DNA of 32,000 bases from Candidatus Kuenenia stuttgartensis (GTDB taxonomy: Bacteria; Planctomycetota; Brocadiia; Brocadiales; Brocadiaceae): NCBI RefSeq assembly GCF_900232105.1, contig NZ_LT934425.1, positions 2,370,001 to 2,402,000 of the forward strand. Direction: 5' to 3'. This document shows, in pieces, positions 25,719 through 32,000 of the stretch (position 1 is its first letter; each line of letters starts with the position of its first letter). Position numbers and translations under genes: made by a program. Under the pieces are notes generated by a model, which ran no database searches, was not told the origin of the DNA, and saw nothing but the letters and a program-made list of their open reading frames with translations.

Positions 25719-25901
25719 ATCCCTTTTTTGATAATTTATTTAAAAACTTTGATTATAACTCGGGATGAATGCAAATCGCTTCATTAAACAAGGTTGTAGG
25801 TAGCGCACATTTTTTCTTTTGATATTCCTGATAAACGTAAAAACGCAATTTTCACTCCACTTCTATTTACGCAAAGCATACTGTCTGCAATCTAAATATC
25901 T

Positions 25902-27821
25902 ATGAAAACGCCAAAGATAGACAATAGGCCTTTATATAACAGCCGTATAATAGATACTTATATTAAGCTTATTAAAAGAAACTATAGTTATATAAATGTA
26001 GGTGAACTTTTAAACTATGCCGGAATGGAATCTTACCAGGTTACTGACGAAGGTCACTGGTTTACCCAGGAGCAGGTAGACCTCTTTTACGAAAGGCTGG
26101 TAAAACTAACGGGAAATAAAAATATTGCCCGTGAAGCAGGCAGGTATGCGGCATCACCGGAAGCTATAGGAATAATGAGACAGTATGTCCTTGGCCTTGT
26201 TGGTCCGGCAAAAGCCTATGAGATAGCAGGGAAGTACGCTCATAATTTCACTAAATCGGCAATCTATAAATCAACAAAAAGAGGAACCAATAAAGTAGAA
26301 ATTACGGTTGTTCCGAATGAGGGTGTCAGCGAAAAACCATTCCAATGTGAAAACAGAATTGGTTTTTTTGAGGCTATTGCCATGGTATTTAATTATAGAT
26401 TGCCAGGGGTAGAACATCCAGAATGCCTTTTTAAAGGGGGAAGGGTTTGCCGTTATATAGTTTCATGGAAAGAATCACCATCATCTTTTTGGAAAAAAAT
26501 AAGAAATTACGCAATCATATTTTTTGCAGCAGCGTGCCTTAGTTCTTATTTCATGCATCCATGGATAACGCCGATAACGGTTTTTCCAATTTCCGTTTTT
26601 GCTGTTTTGTTATTAACCCTCTATGCTGGAATCATCGAAAAAAGGGAATTAAATGCAGCTATAAACAGCCTGAGAGATTCGTCCGATAAGCTTTTGGAAC
26701 AGGTTGATGTGAATTATAACAACGCCCTTATGATAAACGAAATGGGCATGGCCGTTAGCAAGCAGATGGAGATTGATGGTATTCTGTCAAACGTCATACA
26801 AGTTTTTGAGAAAAGACTTGATTATGATCGTGGTTTGATTCTTTTGGCAAATCAGGATAAAACGAGACTGGTCTTTCGCACAGGTTTCGGATATACAGAT
26901 GAATTGTTAAGCGTGCTGAAGAATACCTGTTTCCGTTTAAACAGACCCCCATCAAAAGGGGTGTTTGTCGTTTCCTTTCGTGAACAAAAACCCTTTTTGA
27001 TAAATGATATTACTGAAATAGAGACTACCCTTTCCCCGCACAGTTTGGATTTGGCTAAAAAAATGGGGACCAAGTCCTTTATCTGTTGCCCCATAGTTTA
27101 CGAGAAAAATTCGTTAGGGGTCCTCGTTGTAGATAATATAAAGACAAAAAAACCATTCCGCCAGAGTGATATAAGTTTGTTAATGGGTATTGCTTCAGAA
27201 ATCGGGATAAGCATTCATAATGCCACTCTTATCGAGGCGAAGGAACGACAATTCAAGTCCATACTCCTGGTTCTGGCCGCCAGTATCGATGCCCGCGATT
27301 CCCTGACGGCCGGACATTCTGAAAAGGTTACAGAATATGCCCTGGGCATCTGCAATGAATTAAATATGCCAAAGGATTATTGCGAAATGATCAGAGTGGC
27401 CGCGCTACTGCATGATTATGGCAAGATAGGCATCAAAGACTCTGTCTTAAAGAAAGAGGGGAAACTGGACATCGAAGAGCGTAATGAGATAGAAACGCAT
27501 ACGACAAAAACCAGGAAAATATTAGAACAGATAAACTTTGAGGGCATTTATACGGAGGTTCCCTACATTGCAGAGTGCCATCATGAAAAGATCGATGGAA
27601 GCGGCTATCCAAAAGGTATTAAGGGAGAAGATATTCCCCTGGGAGCCAAAATAATCGCGGTGGCTGACTTTTTTGAAGCTATCACATCAAAACGTCATTA
27701 CCGGGACCCGATGCCCATTGATATAGCGTTTCAGCTTTTAAAAGAGGAAGGTAAAATACATTTTGACAAAAATGTTATAGAGGCATTTATTAGTTATTAT
27801 AACAGGGGAAATAACGACTAA
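25902..27821 (+). CDS. Membrane HD-GYP protein with N-terminal V4R/XylR-N-like sensor, TM segment and GAF domain
   Basis: HPECLFKGGRVCRYIVSW; TM IIFFAAACLSSYFMHPWITPITVFPISVFAVLLLTLYAG; GAF LDYDRGLILLANQD...CPIVYEKNSLGVLVVDN; HD-GYP ALLHDYGKIGI...ECHHEKIDGSGYPKGIKGEDIPLGAKIIAVADFFEAITSKRHYR. Confidence 0.88.
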   Translation: MKTPKIDNRPLYNSRIIDTYIKLIKRNYSYINVGELLNYAGMESYQVTDEGHWFTQEQVDLFYERLVKLTGNKNIAREAGRYAASPEAIGIMRQYVLGLVGPAKAYEIAGKYAHNFTKSAIYKSTKRGTNKVEITVVPNEGVSEKPFQCENRIGFFEAIAMVFNYRLPGVEHPECLFKGGRVCRYIVSWKESPSSFWKKIRNYAIIFFAAACLSSYFMHPWITPITVFPISVFAVLLLTLYAGIIEKRELNAAINSLRDSSDKLLEQVDVNYNNALMINEMGMAVSKQMEIDGILSNVIQVFEKRLDYDRGLILLANQDKTRLVFRTGFGYTDELLSVLKNTCFRLNRPPSKGVFVVSFREQKPFLINDITEIETTLSPHSLDLAKKMGTKSFICCPIVYEKNSLGVLVVDNIKTKKPFRQSDISLLMGIASEIGISIHNATLIEAKERQFKSILLVLAASIDARDSLTAGHSEKVTEYALGICNELNMPKDYCEMIRVAALLHDYGKIGIKDSVLKKEGKLDIEERNEIETHTTKTRKILEQINFEGIYTEVPYIAECHHEKIDGSGYPKGIKGEDIPLGAKIIAVADFFEAITSKRHYRDPMPIDIAFQLLKEEGKIHFDKNVIEAFISYYNRGNND

Positions 27822-27912
27822 AGTGAGGTGGCCGTACAGGCGTAGAAAACTATGAAAAAAAATAACACAAACAAAGAATCCAGAAACTCAGAAACCGTGC
27901 GTGATAAAGGCG

Positions 27913-28179
27913 TCACCTCGACTGATTTGTTATGTGTTGAGTTTCTACTTTAATACTTTTTTCATACAATACTTCTGGATCAATATCCAAATGATTTGCC
28001 CATTCTATCGTATCAAACTTGACAGTTACAGTGTTAAACATGGAAATATCTTTTAATTCTGCAAATTTACCTATGTTAAAATACGGTGAGACGTCAAAAA
28101 TTCTTTCTTCCTCATTTTCAAATTTAATCAAAAGCTTACACCCATCTAATGGCTTTACGCTTATTACCGACAAATACAT
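27913..28179 (-). CDS. DUF2442 family protein (possible antitoxin)
   Basis: MYLSVISVKPLDGCKLLIKFENEEERIFDVSPYFNIGKFAELKDISMFNTVTVKFDTIEWANHLDIDPEVLYEKS; RBS GGAGG before 28179. Confidence 0.85.
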   Translation of the reverse strand: MYLSVISVKPLDGCKLLIKFENEEERIFDVSPYFNIGKFAELKDISMFNTVTVKFDTIEWANHLDIDPEVLYEKSIKVETQHITNQSR

Positions 28180-28190
28180 AGATTTCCTCC

Positions 28191-28457
28191 TTATTTTAAA
28201 GGTTCGATTGGGAAAGGAAGTTCGCCTTTTGATGCTAATTCCCAATCAGCTAAAAGTTCTTCCTTATGAATTTCAGCCCATGCCAAAACAAGTTTCGTTT
28301 GTTTTGGTGGCAACTTACCTTCTGATACCTCACATGCACAAATATCAATAATGGCCTTGTAGTCTTGATAATATGCGTGGACGTGCGGAGGGTTATGTTC
28401 TCTCGGAGAACAATACATCCTGATAATGATTCCGTAAAACATAGAGATAGTTGGCAT
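28191..28457 (-). CDS. DUF4160 family protein (possible toxin)
   Basis: MPTISMFYGIIIRMYCSPREHNPPHVHAYYQDYKAIIDIC.CEVSEGKLPPKQTKLVLAWAEIHKEELLADWELAS. Confidence 0.85.
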   Translation of the reverse strand: MPTISMFYGIIIRMYCSPREHNPPHVHAYYQDYKAIIDICACEVSEGKLPPKQTKLVLAWAEIHKEELLADWELASKGELPFPIEPLK

Positions 28458-28482
28458 CACGTCTCCATTAGTTTAGTTGTAC

Positions 28483-28563
28483 CTACAAATTATTAATGAT
28501 CTTGTTTGATTTTCCGCTATTACAGTCTGAACAAGCAGTAACTAAATTTCCAAATTTCCAAAA
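28483..28563 (-). pseudogene. HNH endonuclease C-terminal remnant
   Basis: Minus-strand frame reads FWKFGNLVTACSDCNSGKSNKIINNL*, the typical NLVTAC..CN..K end of an HNH domain. The upstream part is not recognisable. Confidence 0.5.
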
Positions 28564-28903
28564 AACGCAGATTAACAATTCGTGTGCAATTGCATTGTTA
28601 GCTGACTTTTGGGTGCAGAATTAGACCCTTTGCTCCATTGATTACTTTGGCGATGAACCTCGTCGCACTACAAAGACAATTTCCAGTTGTCATTAGAATT
28701 TGTTTCGTATTCCGTGCTTGTTTGGTTCTGGCTATGCCATCTTAGGTTTTAAAAGAGAAACGCCCAAAGACTCTCCTCCCTTAATCCACTCCCAAGGTGG
28801 CTCTTCTCAAATTCCCCTGCTGGGAAGGCCAGGGGTAGGTTAACGGCATAATGAAAAACCTTGTAACACTTTAGTCTTTCAAAAAACATGATTGGCTATT
28901 TAA

Positions 28904-29713
28904 CTAAGCCATAGGTTTACGTCCACGGCAACAAATTACCGGCGTGTAGGTAAATCTTCTGGGATTAGTAAAAAATTCATTAAATTCATCCAAAAACTCT
29001 CTATATCCCCCCTCATATTCTTTAAAATGGAAATTTATCTTTCCTGAGACAACTTCAAATTTTTTCATCCAGTTGAAGGCATCGGCATCCTTTAATTCCC
29101 CAAATATCAGGTGATGTGAGGCAACATCTATGTTTATATCCTGATAACCAAGATCATACAGGAAAGAATAAAGCTTTCTCCCCATGTAAGGGTCAAAATC
29201 TGCTTTTTCTTCTAAATATTTCATTATAGCGAAGAGGGTCGTTTCCAGCCTTGGAGAAAGACCAAAATGGTTTAAGCAATTATGGTCAAGATCAATCAGA
29301 CATAAAATACCCCCGGGTTTTACAATTTCGGATATATTCTTAACGATATTGAAACTATTCAAACGATAGTATTCCAGAAGAAAGCGGACCCATACAAAGT
29401 CAAACACCCCCAGGTCGTTGAGGGGTTCCGGTATATCTTTACATATAAATTCTATTCTTTTGACACCGTAACGTTCTTTAGCAAATTCAATTCTTTTTTC
29501 CGCGCCATCCACACCTATTGCCACACCATCAGGTTGAACCAATTTATGAAGTATAGAGGTTGTTTTTCCTGAACCACAGCCAATATCAGCTACACGCATT
29601 CCTGTCTCTATACCTGCCCAGAGGGCCTGTTTCTCAACAACGCTTGTATCTGTTTTTATGTCCAAACGCAAAGCCTCTTCATCATTTTCCATTAAGTATT
29701 CTTTGCCCTGCAT
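28904..29713 (-). CDS. Class I SAM-dependent methyltransferase
   Basis: MRVADIGCGSGKTTSILHKLVQPDGVAIGVDGAEKRIEFAKE...FDFVWVRFLLEYY...EIVKPGGILCLIDLD. Confidence 0.9.
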   Translation of the reverse strand: MQGKEYLMENDEEALRLDIKTDTSVVEKQALWAGIETGMRVADIGCGSGKTTSILHKLVQPDGVAIGVDGAEKRIEFAKERYGVKRIEFICKDIPEPLNDLGVFDFVWVRFLLEYYRLNSFNIVKNISEIVKPGGILCLIDLDHNCLNHFGLSPRLETTLFAIMKYLEEKADFDPYMGRKLYSFLYDLGYQDINIDVASHHLIFGELKDADAFNWMKKFEVVSGKINFHFKEYEGGYREFLDEFNEFFTNPRRFTYTPVICCRGRKPMA

Positions 29714-29733
29714 GTATTTAAACTCCTGTGTTA

Positions 29734-31101
29734 TTAGAATTCAGAATCAGATTTAAAAACGGATGGATATTTTTGGTGATAGTGTGAATTTAGCCAGCTC
29801 TTTTTACCTGCCTTATTAGACTTGTAAATGGCGTAGAAATTTCTCATGCTCTTTAATTTAAGAAATGATTTCATAAGGCGAAACTGGAATGTAGGAAAAG
29901 AATATATTCGATTCTTGATATAATTGTTGCCTATATATACGGTATCTATCTCCACACCTTGTGGCGGATGTACCAGATAAGAGAAGCGGTATTTATCCCA
30001 ATCTTGTGGGAAGTTTTGATAAAGTAATCTGCCCTCTCCTCGCAGTTGATCCATCAACTGGGTGCCGGGGAGGGGAGTAAGCAATGTGATCTGAACAATA
30101 TCAATTCCCGATTGGACTAAAAAATCAGCTAATTTTTTATAATATAGAGAAGATTCATTATCATTGCCAATTATAAATGCCCCTAATACCCCTATTCCGT
30201 ACTTGTGAAAACGATCAACTACTTTTTTATAATTTTCCACGCCAATCTTCAGATTAATCCCTTTTTTCATGTCCTTTAGCATTCCCTGGCTGATGGTCTC
30301 AAAACCGATAAACACATACAAGCATCCGGATTGGGCTGCCAGTTCAATTACTCTCTCATCATCTGCTGCATTAATAGAGGTCTGCATCCACCACCTCTTA
30401 TGTAATTTCCGCTGGATCATGCCCTTAAACAATTCCATAGCCCGGGCTTTACTCTCCGTGGTATAACCAATCAGATTATCGTCCACAAAGGTTATATATT
30501 TTCCCTTTATCTCCTCAAGTTCATTCAGTATCTCCTGGGGCTTACGTTGGCGATATGCTTTACCAAGATGCTTAGATACCGAGCAGAAGTAACAATTAAA
30601 CGGGCATCCGCGTGAAGTCTGCACAGAATGCCAGAAATAGTCAGGGTGCAGGAGATCATGACGGGGAGTGGTTTTAAACGTGGTTAAGTCCATTTGAACG
30701 CCTACATATTTTGAGGACAGACGATTATTTTCAAAATCGTTAATCACCCTTTCCCATATACCTTCCGCCTCACCAATTAATACCGCATCAGCATACTGTA
30801 GCGCCTCGTCCGGAAGCATCGAGACGTGTATTCCCCCCATAACCACCTTTGTTTTTCGTTCACGATACATACGTGCAATTTCGTAAGCACGGCTAATCGT
30901 AGTAGTAAAGGCAGTGATAGCCACCAGGTCCGCTTCTTCAAACACAAACTTATCAAAATTTTCATCTACAATTTTAACATTCCAATTTGAGGGAGTCACT
31001 GCGGCTACATAGGCCAGACCTAATGGAGGAAAGGTGGAAAATTTACTCAGGAGATAACCACTTCTGCGACCTACTGGATTTATTAATAAAAGTTTTTTCA
31101 T
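29734..31101 (-). CDS. B12-binding-domain radical SAM protein (class B-like)
   Basis: MKKLLLINPVGRRS...FPPLGLAYVAAVTP..WNVKIVDEN...VVMGGIHVSMLPDEALQYADAVLIGEAEG; TSRGCPFNCYFCSVSKHLGKAYRQR; TFVDDNLIG; IGFETIS. Confidence 0.92.
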   Translation of the reverse strand: MKKLLLINPVGRRSGYLLSKFSTFPPLGLAYVAAVTPSNWNVKIVDENFDKFVFEEADLVAITAFTTTISRAYEIARMYRERKTKVVMGGIHVSMLPDEALQYADAVLIGEAEGIWERVINDFENNRLSSKYVGVQMDLTTFKTTPRHDLLHPDYFWHSVQTSRGCPFNCYFCSVSKHLGKAYRQRKPQEILNELEEIKGKYITFVDDNLIGYTTESKARAMELFKGMIQRKLHKRWWMQTSINAADDERVIELAAQSGCLYVFIGFETISQGMLKDMKKGINLKIGVENYKKVVDRFHKYGIGVLGAFIIGNDNESSLYYKKLADFLVQSGIDIVQITLLTPLPGTQLMDQLRGEGRLLYQNFPQDWDKYRFSYLVHPPQGVEIDTVYIGNNYIKNRIYSFPTFQFRLMKSFLKLKSMRNFYAIYKSNKAGKKSWLNSHYHQKYPSVFKSDSEF

Positions 31102-31163
31102 GCGTTATTTGTACTCTAAATACCACTTAATTTGAATAATAATTTTATATAGACGCATTTAAC

Positions 31164-31199
31164 AGGTTATTGCAGAGTATTAATACTCTGCAATAACCT
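31164..31199. repeat. 36-bp perfect, loop-free palindrome in the divergent intergenic region
   Basis: AGGTTATTGCAGAGTATT followed directly by AATACTCTGCAATAACCT, its exact reverse complement. Confidence 0.9.
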
Positions 31200-31330
31200 T
31201 TAACAAAAGGGCAGTTTTCGTGTTAATTTTTTTTTGATTGATAATGATATTTAGATTTGATTATATAGGCACGTTATCACACTTGAACCTTTGCATTTCA
31301 TTTCTTATCTCAAACAGGAGGATGTTTACT

Positions 31331-32000
31331 ATGAGTCGAAAAGGATTATTGAAAGGAATAGCTGTTCCTCTCTGTGTATTGTTTGTCATTTGTATCATTC
31401 CAAACGCGTATGGTTCCGGCTTCGCGATCTTTACCCAAGGGGCTACCGCACTCGGACAGGCAAATGCCGTAATTGCCAACTCTGATAGCCCGTCGGCTAT
31501 CTTTTTTAATCCTGCATTGATTAATAAACTCGACGGGACACAGATAGAAGCTGGGACGACCGTGCTTTTGCCTTCTAATGAATTTAGAAGTGATTTATCC
31601 GGAAAGACTTTTAAAACAGAAGAAGACGTGTTTTTCCCCTCCACGGTTTTTATCACCCATAAGTTCAATGATAAGGTTAGTGCCGGACTGGGCGTCTTTA
31701 ACTCTTTTGGATTGGGAATTGACTGGGGTGATGATTGGGAAGGAAGGTATATAGCTACCAATTCAGAATTACAAACCTTTAATATAAACCCCGTGGTTTC
31801 ATATCAGATAATGCCAAATATCGCATTCGCGGCAGGAGTTAACTACGTTCTGCTCGATACTACTTTAGAGAAACAGATAAATCTGTCTCCCTACGGGCTA
31901 TCCGACGCCGGACAACAATTTGACGGAGATGGTGATGGCATTGGATATAATCTTGGCTTTATCTACGACATTAACGAAGATATTTCCATCGGTACATCGT
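31331..32000 (+). CDS. FadL/OMPP1-family outer membrane transporter, cut by window edge
   Basis: Manual translation MSRKGLLKGIAVPLCVLFVICIIPNAYGSGFAIFTQGATALGQANAVIANSDSPSAIFFNPALINKLDGTQIEAGTTVLLP...FNDKVSAGLGVFNSFGLGIDWGDDWEGRYIA...NPVVSYQIMPNIAFAAGVNYV. GGAGG RBS. Confidence 0.9.
   Translation, partial: MSRKGLLKGIAVPLCVLFVICIIPNAYGSGFAIFTQGATALGQANAVIANSDSPSAIFFNPALINKLDGTQIEAGTTVLLPSNEFRSDLSGKTFKTEEDVFFPSTVFITHKFNDKVSAGLGVFNSFGLGIDWGDDWEGRYIATNSELQTFNINPVVSYQIMPNIAFAAGVNYVLLDTTLEKQINLSPYGLSDAGQQFDGDGDGIGYNLGFIYDINEDISIGTS

Noticed and set aside
28740-28880. Possible dispersed repeat (…CTCAAATTCCCCTGCTGGGAAGGCCAGGGGTAGGTT…)
   Set aside because: It looks like the GC-rich intergenic repeats common in such genomes, but no second copy is visible in this window, so I cannot support it.
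31261-31761. 166-aa minus-strand ORF opposite the FadL-like gene
   Set aside because: The plus-strand protein has a signal peptide, strong RBS and FadL-type motifs; the antisense ORF has none.
1-32000. CRISPR arrays, tRNA and rRNA genes
   Set aside because: No regularly spaced direct repeats, tRNA T-loop/acceptor pairs or rRNA core sequences were recognised by eye. A tRNAscan/CRISPR scan would be needed to be certain.

Overview
The window looks like chromosomal DNA from an anammox-type planctomycete (inferred from gene content, not verified). Core genes seen: a rhomboid protease (cut by the left edge), a PGRP-type amidase lipoprotein, hopanoid genes hpnH and squalene-hopene cyclase in convergent orientation, an HDAC-family deacetylase, a three-gene signalling cluster (PAS histidine kinase, tandem REC, REC-PAS-GGDEF-EAL), a molybdopterin oxidoreductase, mnmG and rny, a stand-alone lipoyl-like protein with an acidic tail behind a perfect sigma70-type promoter, a DNA polymerase III delta' subunit, a PilZ-like protein, a GAF/HD-GYP protein, a DUF4160/DUF2442 pair, a methyltransferase plus B12-binding radical SAM pair, and a FadL-like porin (cut by the right edge). 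The accessory part (about 8.2-11.6 kb) is a graveyard of REP-associated (RAYT/Y1) transposases. One RAYT is split around an uncharacterised 518-aa gene that I consider the best candidate for an undescribed mobile element. Other structural signals are a 126-bp MITE with 16-bp TIRs and 8-bp TSDs at 673-814, a cNMP-binding pseudogene hidden under antisense ORFs, a 36-bp perfect palindrome at 31164-31199, and an HNH-nuclease remnant. I saw no convincing CRISPR array, tRNA or rRNA.
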